DNA from: Caldisericota bacterium
GTDB taxonomy: Bacteria > Caldisericota > JANLFM01
Direction: 5' to 3'
NCBI GenBank assembly: GCA_024655865.1
Contig: JANLFM010000002.1
Span: forward strand, 74,405-138,404
DNA length: 64,000 nucleotides
The position numbers and the translations under genes were made by a program. Below the pieces are notes generated by a model. The model saw only the letters and a program-made list of their open reading frames with translations. It was not told the origin of the DNA and did not search any database. Positions 1 through 9,709 of this stretch are shown here, piece by piece; within the stretch, counting starts at the first letter, position 1, and each line of letters starts with the position of its first letter.

Positions 1-1254
1 CAGAACCCTGCTTGATCCGGGATAAAGATCGATTTGTGGAGGATTCAACAATAGGGAGAAAAGTGGAGTTGAAGGGGAAGGCTGGGGTGTGGGTGAAGTG
101 GGAGTAACCGGAGTCTCACTGGTTGAACCGATGCAATAAAGATAGCCGTCGTCGCAGCCAACGAGCAGACGTCCCCCTTGGTCGATCACGGCAGAACTCC
201 TGGTAAAGCTATTCTGGAAAGGCATACGCCAGATCAATTCTCCCTGGCGATTCAAGCAATAAAAAAACCTGTCGTGCCCTCCAAAAAAGATGTTCCCGTT
301 AGGATCAACGGTGGGAGAGGTGTCAATGGGATAATCGGTTTTAAAACTCCAGAGCTTCGTTCCTGTTTCAGTTCTCAGAGCGTACAGATAGCCATCATGG
401 GAACCAAAATACAGGGCACCATCGGGGGAAAGCGCAGGAGTGGAAATGATTGAGCCTTCGGTTTTAAAGCTCCAACGCAGGTTTCCAGACTGATCTAAGG
501 AATAAAGGGAAAAATCCTTGGAGCCGAAGTATACGTTCCCCGAAGAATCCAGAACTGGAGAGGACTCCACTCCCCCCTCGCACTTAAACTTCCATCTTAG
601 GTTTCCAGAGGGAGTAAGGGAATAAAGATAGCCATCCTCAGCTCCAAAGTAGAAATTTCCCCAGGGGTCTCGAGCGGGCGAGGAGAGAATCGCGCCTGAA
701 GCCGTGAAGGTCCAATAGGTCTTCCTGAGATCAGGGCTCAAAGCGTAGAATTTGCCGTTTGCCCCTCCCACATAAACTGTGCCATCCTCACCTATTAGAG
801 GTGAGGAAAGCAAGGAGGAAACATAGGTGGGTAGAAAGAGAATCTCTTTGCCGGTGCTATCAAGGGCATAAAAGAGATAGCCGGAACCTACATAAATCGT
901 GCTCGTTAGAGAGACAGCGGGGGAGGAATCAACGGCACCTCCGTAAAGAAAGTCGTGGCTCCATTTTAGCTTCCCATCGGGGTCCAGGGCATAGAGGTGA
1001 CGGTCACCGCTCCCCAGGTATATCGTTCCATCGGGTCCGATGGCCACAGAACCAGAAATTCTGTACCCGGTTTTGAAGGACCACTTAATTTCCGGCTTCA
1101 ATGGTCCTGCAAATCTGGCTTGACCTGAATGGGCGGGATCGAAACGGTACATAGGAGCTGGAGAAGAAGCAAGCTGAGCCCGAGCTCCGGGGAAAACGGG
1201 CAATCCTGTGACCACCAGGGCAACAATCAGCAGCAAAACCCACCTATTTTTCAT
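1..1254 (-). CDS. Secreted PQQ-like beta-propeller repeat protein (BamB-like). 3' end runs off the window; signal peptide MKNRWVLLLIVALVVTGLPVFPGARAQ
   Basis: Manual minus-strand translation from ATG at 1252-1254 (AAGGAG RBS 8 nt upstream) is open to position 1. Repeated YALD..G...W blade motifs. Not in the ORF track because there is no stop in the window. Confidence 0.7.
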   Translation of the reverse strand, partial: MKNRWVLLLIVALVVTGLPVFPGARAQLASSPAPMYRFDPAHSGQARFAGPLKPEIKWSFKTGYRISGSVAIGPDGTIYLGSGDRHLYALDPDGKLKWSHDFLYGGAVDSSPAVSLTSTIYVGSGYLFYALDSTGKEILFLPTYVSSLLSSPLIGEDGTVYVGGANGKFYALSPDLRKTYWTFTASGAILSSPARDPWGNFYFGAEDGYLYSLTPSGNLRWKFKCEGGVESSPVLDSSGNVYFGSKDFSLYSLDQSGNLRWSFKTEGSIISTPALSPDGALYFGSHDGYLYALRTETGTKLWSFKTDYPIDTSPTVDPNGNIFFGGHDRFFYCLNRQGELIWRMPFQNSFTRSSAVIDQGGRLLVGCDDGYLYCIGSTSETPVTPTSPTPQPSPSTPLFSLLLNPPQIDLYPGSSRVL

Positions 1255-1288
1255 TATTGTGCTCCTTTATTCTCTATTAGAATTACCT

Positions 1289-2683
1289 TCAGGCGCTTGG
1301 AGGCCTCTGGTGAGTACTGTACCAGATTTCGTCAGCCTTTTCCTTCCAGAGCCTGGCTTTCTCGTCCAGAATGTGAGCGTTCTCAGGCTTGAAGATATCG
1401 TCCGCGCCCTCATGCGTGGGGCGCGCTCCAGACTCCCTCACGATCTCCCTTAAAGCCCCGGGAATATCTATGATGGGACAGGGACGAAGGAGGTTATCCG
1501 AGAAAGGTTGCCTGCTCTGATAGGCTTTAAAAAGAGGGTTTTTCAGCACCTCAATCAGGCTCTTCTCCTTGATGTTATCACAGGCAAAATGAACGAAAGC
1601 ACATGGTTCCACATCTCCTCTGGCAGTTATATGAAAATACCTTCTCCCACCAGCTATGCATCCCCCGGCCAATTCCCCGTCATTCCAGAAATCCGCAAAC
1701 TGAATGGGCTTTGTGGACCGGAGCTTGGGCACTTGCCTGGCCAGCCAGCTCCTTTGTTCAGGAGTAATCATCAAATCAAAATTGGGGTCCCTGCCTACCG
1801 GAACGTAGTGGAAAGTCCAGCCATATAAGCATCCTTTATTGATCAGAAAGTCGATGAACTCCTCAGACATTACCTCGTAACAGTTTTCCCTGGTGATCGT
1901 CAGGGAAAAGCCAAAGGGGATTCCCCTTTCTTTGAGGAGATCCATGGCCCGCATCACCCTGGCAAACACGCCCTTTCCCCGGCGCCTATCCGTGGCCTCT
2001 TCCCATCCTTCCAGGCTGATAGCGGGAGTCATGTTGGCAACTTTGAAGATCTTATCGGCCATCTTCTCATCAATCATGGTACCGTTGGTATAAAGCATGA
2101 AACAGGTATCCCTGTGTTTTTCCGCAAGATCAAAGAGATGGGGGTAAAGAAAGGGTTCCCCACCTGACATGACCACCCAGTAAATTCCCAGCTCCCTGGC
2201 CTCCTCGAGCAACCGATCCAGGCGCTCGAAGCTAATGACATCAGTTTTGGGGTATTCCCCCGCCCAACAACCGATGCACCTCAGGTTGCACTTGCTTGTG
2301 GGATCAACGAGGAAAAAGTAAGGAATATGCACCCCCAGCTCTTGCGATTTCCTGATGATGATCGGCTGGCCGAAGAGGATCCAGTTCACGAACCAGTTAA
2401 AGACAACGCCTCTTAAAAGACGGGGGTGTATTTCCGTAAAAACTCGCTTCACGAAGGCCACAACGTGGGGCTTTGAGAGTAAAGCCTCCTTCAACTGCAA
2501 AATGTTCTGACGATGGGATTCCAAACGGGCAAAATGTAAAGACAAATCCAGAAGACGCACAAAATTTTTCTCTGGGTTGCGCCCGATTAAGGTAGCGCTT
2601 TTTTCCAGAACGAACCTTCCCGGCGTTGAGCGGATCAGGCTCATTAAAGTATTATGATCTTGAGTCCTGATTTCCACTCCCAT
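1289..2683 (-). CDS. Radical SAM/SPASM-domain enzyme with ~130 aa N-terminal extension (RiPP/protein-maturase-like architecture)
   Basis: CNLRCIGC (CX3CX2C) at residues ~132-139 and GGEP motif. C-terminal Cys-rich SPASM/twitch-like region (GGCIAGGRRYFHITARGDVEPCAFVHFAC). Strong AAAGGAGGG RBS at the start. Confidence 0.8.
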   Translation of the reverse strand: MGVEIRTQDHNTLMSLIRSTPGRFVLEKSATLIGRNPEKNFVRLLDLSLHFARLESHRQNILQLKEALLSKPHVVAFVKRVFTEIHPRLLRGVVFNWFVNWILFGQPIIIRKSQELGVHIPYFFLVDPTSKCNLRCIGCWAGEYPKTDVISFERLDRLLEEARELGIYWVVMSGGEPFLYPHLFDLAEKHRDTCFMLYTNGTMIDEKMADKIFKVANMTPAISLEGWEEATDRRRGKGVFARVMRAMDLLKERGIPFGFSLTITRENCYEVMSEEFIDFLINKGCLYGWTFHYVPVGRDPNFDLMITPEQRSWLARQVPKLRSTKPIQFADFWNDGELAGGCIAGGRRYFHITARGDVEPCAFVHFACDNIKEKSLIEVLKNPLFKAYQSRQPFSDNLLRPCPIIDIPGALREIVRESGARPTHEGADDIFKPENAHILDEKARLWKEKADEIWYSTHQRPPSA

Positions 2684-2827
2684 GCTTTATCCCTCCTTTC
2701 GGATCGTCTATTAATTTTAATCTTAGAGAAAACGCTAATCAATTTTTGGAAAAAATCTCCTGTTCGGGAATAAATAAATTTCAATTAAATAATAAAGTGG
2801 TGGTTTTGCATTTTATAATTATAAAAG

Positions 2828-3652
2828 ATGAGTGCATTAAGGGTTCCCTCGATGTTTACCGAGTCCGATCTCAAAAATTTGGCAAGGAAAATAGGGCTTA
2901 ACCCTTTTTCCTTAGAGAGAGACCTTGTTTTTGTCTCCCTCCTTCTGGCTATTGGGGGGCTCCCCACGGCTTTCAGAAAGTTAATCCTGAAAGGAGGGGG
3001 AGCGCTTAAGCGCATTTATTTCCCTAACTGGCGTCAGCATGAGAACCTGCGCTTTTCCGTTGAGGAAAAGCAATCGGATCGGGAGTTAATTTCCCTGATT
3101 CAAAATGTGCTCAAGAAGGCGGAGAAGGAGACAGAAATCAAGTTCCAGTATCAGGAAAGCTTCCGGGAAAAAAGGTCCTTCCGCGTTCTTGTGGCTTATG
3201 CCGGACCTTTGAGAAGACCCACGATAATCACCCTACTTTTTTCCTTAGGAGAGCCCCTTTTCCTTTCTCCATGTAAGGAAGATGTGATTACTGACCCCTT
3301 CCCGCTAAAACCCAGGAAGATCTCCACCATGGCTTTGGAGGAGATCCTGGCAGAAAAATTAAGAGATTTTCTCCTTGCGGGAGAACCCAAGGATCTCTAC
3401 GATGCCTGGAGGCTCCTGGCAGAGCACTTCCCGATTTTGGATCGAGAGGACTTCAAAAGAACTCTGGAGCGAAAATGCCAGGCTGCGGGTTTTGACCTGG
3501 AGGGGCCACAGGACTTCCTGGATCCCGAGCTCTTTGTTCCCACCCGCGCCTACTGGGAAATCAAATTGAGCGAGGTAGTTCCCACATTACCTCCCTTCGA
3601 GGAAGTCTATTCTCAGTTCAAACAGCTTTTACCTGCGCTCCTTGCCTCTTAA
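2828..3652 (+). CDS. AbiEii/DUF1814-family nucleotidyltransferase-like protein (type IV TA/Abi toxin family), orphan
   Basis: [11 protein letters not shown]...LRFSVEE N-terminal NTase-like motif and C-terminal [14 protein letters not shown]...[10 protein letters not shown] signature typical of AbiEii. No AbiEi partner upstream. Confidence 0.55.
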   Translation: MSALRVPSMFTESDLKNLARKIGLNPFSLERDLVFVSLLLAIGGLPTAFRKLILKGGGALKRIYFPNWRQHENLRFSVEEKQSDRELISLIQNVLKKAEKETEIKFQYQESFREKRSFRVLVAYAGPLRRPTIITLLFSLGEPLFLSPCKEDVITDPFPLKPRKISTMALEEILAEKLRDFLLAGEPKDLYDAWRLLAEHFPILDREDFKRTLERKCQAAGFDLEGPQDFLDPELFVPTRAYWEIKLSEVVPTLPPFEEVYSQFKQLLPALLAS

Positions 3653-3810
3653 TCCTTGATCGGTTCAAACATATCCTTTTCCGCTCCACATTCCGGGCAA
3701 ACCCAGTTATCAGGAAGATTGGCAAACTCTGTTCCTGGCTCAACTCCTTGACTGGGATCCCCTTTAGTGGGATCGTATACATAACCGCAGATAGTGCACT
3801 GGTACCTCAT
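3649..3810 (-). CDS. rub: Rubredoxin (53 aa)
   Basis: Manual translation [53 protein letters not shown]. Two CxxCG/CPxCG knuckles. AAAGGAG RBS. Start ATG overlaps the stop of the upstream reductase (TAATG). Below the ORF-track size cutoff. Confidence 0.9.
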   Translation of the reverse strand: MRYQCTICGYVYDPTKGDPSQGVEPGTEFANLPDNWVCPECGAEKDMFEPIKD

Positions 3811-5024
3811 TAAATACTCCTTTCTATTTCTTTAAAAGTATCCTCAAGAAAGCTTTGAGCTTCCTCGGGGCTCATTTCGCGTTTTTCCTGAACCATCCGG
3901 TTCATGGTTAACCCAGCTTTCTTCCAACCTAAAGCTATGGCTCCCACTACAAGGTTGTCTTTTAAAACGATCTTCAGGTAGATTCCCCTTTCCTGATCTT
4001 TGACTCGGAACTCCTGGAAGCCAGGTTCTAAAGGAATGGTGTTCCCTGCAGTGATCAAGTCCAGGCCCGCGACCTTAAGCACGTTGGAAGGCACGGTGCC
4101 TTCATAGCTTACTTTCTCTCCATTAATGGCAGAGGCGGCTACTGCGGCTTGATCAAGAGCAGGGGGGATAATTCCCCACATTTTTCCTCTCCATTGCGCT
4201 ACATCTCCCACGGCGTAAATGTAGGGGAAGTTAGTTTGCATTTGATCGTTCACGACAATTCCCTTTTCCGTGAGAATTCCTTTCCCCTGAAACAGGGAGA
4301 CTTCCGGTCGAACACCCGCCGAAATCAGAACCATGTCTCCGGAAACCGATTTTCCATCCTTCAATTGGGCTCCTTCAACCTTCTTTTCGCCCAGGAAGGA
4401 GTCGCAGGAAGCCTTAAGGATTACCTCGATCCCTCTTTGCTCAAGAAGATCCTTGAGGAGGGCAGCCCCTTCTTCATCGAGCTGACGTGAAAGCAAGCGC
4501 TCTGAGTGGTCCAGGACGGTAACTTCCTTACCCAGGCGAGCGAGGGCAAAAGCCGACTCCAATCCTAACAAGCCTCCCCCTATTACCAGGGTCTTCCTGG
4601 AGTTCGATAGCGCCCATTCTTTGATCGCCAGGGCACCGGCCAGGGTGCGCAGTGTGAAAATCCCGGAGAGGTCCAGATTTCCAAAGGGAGGCACATTGGC
4701 TCGGGAGCCAGTAGAAATTACCAGGAAATCAAAAAATGCGCTTTTACCACTTTTTGTTTTCAGGGATTTCTCCTCGGGGTAGACCTCTTCCACAGGTGTG
4801 GCATAAAGCACCTCAATCTGGTTTTTCTCGTACCAATCCTGAGGGTAATAAAAAATTTCCTTCTCTCCCAGATTGCCCTGAAGGAATTCGATTAACCTGG
4901 GCCTGGGATAATAGGGATATGGCTCCTCGGCAAAGATAGTAATTTCCGCCTGAACTTTTTTCTCTCGCAAAATCCGGGCTGTGGTCACCCCAGCTACGCC
5001 GTTCCCGATTATGGCAACTCTCAT
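3810..5024 (-). CDS. FAD-dependent pyridine nucleotide-disulfide oxidoreductase (NADH:rubredoxin oxidoreductase-like). Alternative upstream start at 5048
   Basis: [13 protein letters not shown] Rossmann start and a second GGGLLGLE dinucleotide fold. Rubredoxin immediately downstream and coupled. An RBS-like AGAGGGA precedes the internal Met. Confidence 0.8.
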   Translation of the reverse strand: MRVAIIGNGVAGVTTARILREKKVQAEITIFAEEPYPYYPRPRLIEFLQGNLGEKEIFYYPQDWYEKNQIEVLYATPVEEVYPEEKSLKTKSGKSAFFDFLVISTGSRANVPPFGNLDLSGIFTLRTLAGALAIKEWALSNSRKTLVIGGGLLGLESAFALARLGKEVTVLDHSERLLSRQLDEEGAALLKDLLEQRGIEVILKASCDSFLGEKKVEGAQLKDGKSVSGDMVLISAGVRPEVSLFQGKGILTEKGIVVNDQMQTNFPYIYAVGDVAQWRGKMWGIIPPALDQAAVAASAINGEKVSYEGTVPSNVLKVAGLDLITAGNTIPLEPGFQEFRVKDQERGIYLKIVLKDNLVVGAIALGWKKAGLTMNRMVQEKREMSPEEAQSFLEDTFKEIERSI

Positions 5025-5103
5025 TTTTCCCTCTTTCCATTTTTTCAACTAAAACACCCGCATTTAGCAGACATATTCCAGCAATCCCTTGCCCAGGTTC
5101 AGA

Positions 5104-6012
5104 TTACAGGAAAATCTTTCCCTCCATAGCGGGAATTACCTTCCCTCCCACCTTCACCTTGTAGGGATGGCCCATTCTATCTGCTTTTACCTCGACATAG
5201 ATCTTGCTGGGGCGCCCGATCTCCTCACCTTGTTCAATTTGAAATTCCATGGACTTAGGAAGGAGCCCCCTGAGTGCCAGATATGCTCCCAGGCCACCCG
5301 CGGCCGAACCGGTGGCCGGATCCTCCCTTACACCCTGGGCTGGAGAAAAGAAGCGCATGTGCACCAGTGCGTCTTTATCCTTTGTCTCCAGAGTGAACAC
5401 GCAGCAGCCGATCACCCCTAACTTCCTTTCCTGCTCCCTGAGCTCCAGGAATCTTGGCCTGAGTTCGCGAATCGTCCTCAGGTCAGGCAGTGGAACGAAA
5501 ACCTGGGGAATTCCCGTAGAAATAATGGCCACGTCCATCCCCGTGCTTCCGATTACTTCCTTTTCCAACCCCAGAGCGGAGGCTAACTCCTGAATATCCG
5601 TAAGGCAAGCTCCTAACTCAGTCTCTTTCTGGGTCATAACTACGCGCTCCACCTCTCCCTCTTTCAGGTAGATCTCCAGAGGAAGGACTCCCACTTTTAG
5701 CTCCTGATTAATAATGGTAACCGGCTCAGTGACGGGAAATCTTCCCAGCTCAGCCATTACATAGGCTGTCCCCAGGGATGGATGTCCCGCAAAGGGAATT
5801 TCGGCATTTGGGGTGAAAATGCGCACTTTGTAAGCGGCTTCTCTTGACTCGGGCGGAAAGACAAAAGTGGTCTCGGAAGTAGCCATTTCCTTGGCAATCA
5901 ATTGCATTTCCACATCTTCCAGACCCAGGGCATCAGGAATTACTACCAGAGGGTTTCCGCTGAAGTATTTATCGGTAAAGACGTTCACCCTGTGAAAAGA
6001 TACGGCCTTCAT
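5104..6012 (-). CDS. PhzF-family phenazine-biosynthesis-like isomerase
   Basis: VNVFTDKYFSGNPLVVI N-terminus and length ~300 aa typical of PhzF/YddE family. Confidence 0.75.
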   Translation of the reverse strand: MKAVSFHRVNVFTDKYFSGNPLVVIPDALGLEDVEMQLIAKEMATSETTFVFPPESREAAYKVRIFTPNAEIPFAGHPSLGTAYVMAELGRFPVTEPVTIINQELKVGVLPLEIYLKEGEVERVVMTQKETELGACLTDIQELASALGLEKEVIGSTGMDVAIISTGIPQVFVPLPDLRTIRELRPRFLELREQERKLGVIGCCVFTLETKDKDALVHMRFFSPAQGVREDPATGSAAGGLGAYLALRGLLPKSMEFQIEQGEEIGRPSKIYVEVKADRMGHPYKVKVGGKVIPAMEGKIFL

Positions 6013-6097
6013 GAAAATTCCCCCTTTCTTCTATTTTTAATCCCCTCAGAGCCTGCGCTCTGCCCCCTACTTTCTGATCACCCCCTCAAAGAGTTTT

Positions 6098-6910
6098 TTA
6101 AGAATTCGAGCCCAGCCCTTTTGCTGTGGAAATCCGACCGAACTTCTGCCAGCAGCTCAAAGTTCGTTTCAGATACTGATTCGCCCCTTTAAAATCTCCT
6201 TTTTTCTCGCACAGGCTGGCGAGCAACTGGCAGATTTCCCCAGTATCTCGCTCGCAGCCAGAATTCACTGCCAGATCAAGGCACTCCCTCAGGAGATCCT
6301 CCGCCTGCTTGAACTCCTCATCCTCAATGAGCATCAGAGCCCTACGAAACCTGGCCTTGCGCATAAGATCAGCCTGGGATGATTGTTCGGCCTCAAGAAA
6401 ACAGCTCCTGGCTTTCTTCCTGAAATTTAACCTCATTTCCCGATCCCAATGTGCGATTTCCTCATAAAATCGTCCCTGAAAATATTTCAGCCAGAGTCGA
6501 TCGCCATTCTCTAACTCAGGCATCTCCATGAGGTTGCTGATAGTGCCCAATCCATCTTTGAGGATGGTCGTGGTCTTTACTGGCTCAAGCTCGGCCAGAA
6601 GCAGGAGAACGGGGAAAATTGCCGTCTGGACCAGGAGGGTCTCGTGCATCAATCCTCTTTCAGATAGAAGGGAAATTCCCTCCTCCAGCATTCTCTTGGC
6701 CTGGTAAATTTTTTCTACAGAATCGTAGCTCAAAAGAATGGAAGAAAGTTCCCTTAAGGATTGGGCATATTTGCCCCAATCCTCCATCTTCTTAGCCTGG
6801 TTCAAGGATCGACGGTACAGGCTGAGGGCCCTTCTGCGGTGCATCCCGCCCTCTCTTAAATATCGACTCCATTCCTTGCGAGCGCTCTCCAAGACCTTGG
6901 TTAAATCCAA
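6098..6910 (-). CDS. Hypothetical helical (TPR-like) protein
   Basis: 270-aa ORF, no recognised motif. Confidence 0.4.
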   Translation of the reverse strand: MDLTKVLESARKEWSRYLREGGMHRRRALSLYRRSLNQAKKMEDWGKYAQSLRELSSILLSYDSVEKIYQAKRMLEEGISLLSERGLMHETLLVQTAIFPVLLLLAELEPVKTTTILKDGLGTISNLMEMPELENGDRLWLKYFQGRFYEEIAHWDREMRLNFRKKARSCFLEAEQSSQADLMRKARFRRALMLIEDEEFKQAEDLLRECLDLAVNSGCERDTGEICQLLASLCEKKGDFKGANQYLKRTLSCWQKFGRISTAKGLGSNS

Positions 6911-6948
6911 TTATTCAGCTTCTCCTTCCTCGACTTTTCCGGTTCCGA

Positions 6949-7476
6949 TTAATCTAAAAATGTGACAATCTCCTCAAGAGGGCGGCGGGGAGTAATCCTT
7001 CCTTGCTCTCCCGGGAAACCCACCGGAAGTATGGCAACAGGGCGGAGGTGTGAGGGCAGGGATAGGGCTTTTGCCGCCCGGGCCTCATCAAAGGCACCTA
7101 CCCAGCAAGAAGCAAGCCCCAGTTCCACGACCGTGAGCCAAATGTTCATGACCGCGCTCGCCGTGTCCTGAATGCTGTACAGGGTCCTCCCTCTTTCCCC
7201 GTAGCGGACGGCGGATCTTTCGGGATCGGCGCAAACCACAATCACCACTGGTGCCTGGGCCACAAATTCCTGGTCGAAAGCAGCTTCGGCTAAGGCCTGC
7301 TTCAATTCATAATTTCGCACCACATAAAAATGCCAGGGCTGGCGGTTTCCTGCTGAGGGTGCCCTCTGAGCAGCGGTGAAAATTTTCCTCAGGTGCTCTT
7401 CGGGAATGGGGTCACTTCTAAAAGACCTGATGCTGCGCCTTTCCAGGATAATCTCATAAGTTGATTTCCTTTCCAT
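6949..7476 (-). CDS. Nitroreductase-family protein
   Basis: ILERRSIRSF...PSAGNRQPWHFYVV motif pattern of NAD(P)H nitroreductases. Confidence 0.8.
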   Translation of the reverse strand: MERKSTYEIILERRSIRSFRSDPIPEEHLRKIFTAAQRAPSAGNRQPWHFYVVRNYELKQALAEAAFDQEFVAQAPVVIVVCADPERSAVRYGERGRTLYSIQDTASAVMNIWLTVVELGLASCWVGAFDEARAAKALSLPSHLRPVAILPVGFPGEQGRITPRRPLEEIVTFLD

Positions 7477-7484
7477 CCTAACAC

Positions 7485-8039
7485 CTATAGCCCTAACTCT
7501 TCCCGAATAGACTTCATGGCATCCAGGCCCAATCTCACAAAGCTTTCCAGGTCATAGCCAATCTCCGTGCAGGAGGCGATTTGCTCGCGATTGGCGCCGG
7601 CAGCGAAACGCTTCTCCTTGAAACGTTTTAATACGGAATCGGCAGTTAAAGTAGCGAGTTTGTCCGGTCTTACCAGGGCGGAAGCAATGATCAATCCTGT
7701 AAGCTGATCCACTGCTCTTAAAGCTTTCGCCATTAAGGTGCGCGCCTCTTCCCCGTTGTTTTCCCCGTTGTGCGCTCGCACAGCATGGGCCATCTCCGGG
7801 GTGAAGCCCAGACCTTCAAGAATCTCTGCCCCACGCAGAGCGTGCTCCTGGGGAGTAGTCTCCTCAGCGTCCAGGTCATGCAGTAATCCCACCAGCCCCC
7901 ATTGTTCTTCATTTTCTCCCTTTTCCCTGGCCACAGCCTTCATTACGGCTTCTGTTGCCAGCATATGTTTGATCAGGTTCTGGTTTTTGATGTGTTGCTC
8001 GAGTAGAGAAAGTGCTTGGTCGCGATTCACGAAGATCAC
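7485..8039 (-). CDS. HD-domain phosphohydrolase
   Basis: LLHDLD HD motif; ~180 aa HD-superfamily size. Confidence 0.6.
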   Translation of the reverse strand: MIFVNRDQALSLLEQHIKNQNLIKHMLATEAVMKAVAREKGENEEQWGLVGLLHDLDAEETTPQEHALRGAEILEGLGFTPEMAHAVRAHNGENNGEEARTLMAKALRAVDQLTGLIIASALVRPDKLATLTADSVLKRFKEKRFAAGANREQIASCTEIGYDLESFVRLGLDAMKSIREELGL

Positions 8040-8300
8040 CCCTTTCTTTTCTGAATTTTAGCCCTCTTAGGGCTCCAGGGCAAGGAGTCCGTAAATAATG
8101 TGCTTCCTTTCCGACCAAGCTAACCAATATCTTGTAAGGGGGTTAACTTCCTGATGCCAGCACGATGTTTTTCAGAATCAACTCCGCTTCTCCTCCGCTT
8201 CTGCTCCCCTTGGAGGGAAAGAGAGAGATCTTGTTCGGATTTTGGGAGCTCATCCCCAGGCTTGACTAATTGACGATAAAAAGCCAAAATATTTTCCGAC

Positions 8301-8374
8301 TGGGGAGTCGTCTAGTGGTAGGACAGCAGACTCTGGATCTGCGAGCGGTGGTTCGAGTCCATCCTCCCCAGCCA
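8301..8374 (+). tRNA. tRNA-Gln (anticodon CUG)
   Basis: Hand-folded cloverleaf: acceptor TGGGGAG/CTCCCCA, D-stem GTCT/GGAC, anticodon stem GCAGA/TCTGC with loop CTCTGGA (U33, anticodon CTG), T-loop TTCGAGT, discriminator G, encoded CCA. Confidence 0.85.
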
Positions 8375-8551
8375 TTTTCTAAATGAGTATTACTCCCAAA
8401 AGGCCCTCTTAGATCCCTAAGGATTATCATTTAGGATGTCCTTACAATATATTCCTCACTATTAATCACGATCAGAGTTCTTTAACGATCCAGCGGGTAA
8501 AAAGTCAGGAAGGAATAAGTGCCTTCCTATATTTTGTTTAGGAACTGAGAA

Positions 8552-8989
8552 ATGGAAAAGGCAAGAGTGCTTTTCATCTGCACCCACAACTCGGCCCGTT
8601 CTCAGATGGCTGAAGGTTATCTGAAAAAGCGCTACGGGGAATACTTCGAAGCTTATAGCGCAGGAACCGAGCCCACGAGCGTCCATCCTCTGGCTGTGCG
8701 CGTTATGAGGGAAATGGGAATTGATATTTCAGAGCACAGGTCAAAAAGTGTAAGGGAGTTCCTGAACCACCACTTTGACCTGGTAATCACAGTTTGTGAT
8801 AGCGCCAGGGAGGCTTGCCCCTTCTTTCCTGGAGCGAAAAAATACATTCATGCCGGCTTTCCTGACCCTGCAATTATAGAGGGAACGGAAGAGGAAAAGC
8901 TCGCCGCTTTCAGGGAAGTCCGAGATCAAATTATCTCCTGGATCGAAAGGAACCTGAAGCTTTTCATCCCCCGAAGAACTCCCGGCTGA
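8552..8989 (+). CDS. arsC: ArsC-family arsenate reductase / low-molecular-weight protein-tyrosine phosphatase (thioredoxin-coupled type)
   Basis: CTHNSARSQMAEG P-loop (CX5R) plus downstream VCDSAREACP cysteine pair as in Bacillus-type ArsC. Confidence 0.75.
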   Translation: MEKARVLFICTHNSARSQMAEGYLKKRYGEYFEAYSAGTEPTSVHPLAVRVMREMGIDISEHRSKSVREFLNHHFDLVITVCDSAREACPFFPGAKKYIHAGFPDPAIIEGTEEEKLAAFREVRDQIISWIERNLKLFIPRRTPG

Positions 8990-9635
8990 AGCCGCGCAGG
9001 GCAGAAAGGGAAGTCGAGAGCACGCAAACCAATACCTGGAGGAGAACTCCGCCAAAGAACCCCAGGTAGCGCCAGGTGGAAACCAACCCAAGGAGTTCCA
9101 GCTCCCTGAAGTAGAAATACACAAGTATGGAGGCCGGGGCAAGAAAGGCATAGAGAAATAGCGGAAAGAACCATATTTTTCTATTTTTTAGAACAACAGG
9201 GAAAAATGAGAGACCAACTATTAAAGTTAAGGCCAAAAAATCAAAAGTCAGAGTGTCGAAGAAGTACTCTTGAGCAAAATCCCAGCCGAAAATCCAGTAG
9301 GCCAAGGGAGCCGTGAGAAATTGCAAGAGCAGGAAGAGAATTCCCCAGATGGTATTGAGCCCGCGAAATGTGGAAATAATGATCTGCGCTATGCGCATGG
9401 CACCAAAAATAACGGCCAGGAAAGCGCCAGGAAGAGCCCAGAAAATCAGATAAAGCGAGAAATAGAGGGTATCTCCCAGCCAGAAATGGCCAGCCCAAGT
9501 TATCGCCAGAAAAGGCTCAAAGCAAATCCAGGCAAGAAAAATCCATTTAAGAAAGAAGGGTCCGGAGACGAGCTCCTCCTCAAAGGTTCTCGTTTCTCTC
9601 TCGTACTCCTCAAGGTCCCTATTTTTGCCCATCAA
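8964..9635 (-). CDS. Polytopic membrane protein, hypothetical
   Basis: 223-aa ORF with several hydrophobic helices. Same orientation as, and downstream of, the trpB2/ParB-like pair. Confidence 0.45.
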   Translation of the reverse strand: MMGKNRDLEEYERETRTFEEELVSGPFFLKWIFLAWICFEPFLAITWAGHFWLGDTLYFSLYLIFWALPGAFLAVIFGAMRIAQIIISTFRGLNTIWGILFLLLQFLTAPLAYWIFGWDFAQEYFFDTLTFDFLALTLIVGLSFFPVVLKNRKIWFFPLFLYAFLAPASILVYFYFRELELLGLVSTWRYLGFFGGVLLQVLVCVLSTSLSALRGFSREFFGG

Positions 9636-9709
9636 GTAATTTTATAATTTCTCTTCTGCGGAAGAGAAAGAAGCAATAGATAGGCTCCTTTATCCCCCCT
9701 TTCTTTACC

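Noticed and set aside
8040-8300. Possible regulatory element between the HD-domain gene and tRNA-Gln (AGCCCT-CTT-AGGGCT hairpin)
   Set aside because: Short hairpin without a flanking U tract; the region looks like ordinary promoter spacer for the tRNA.
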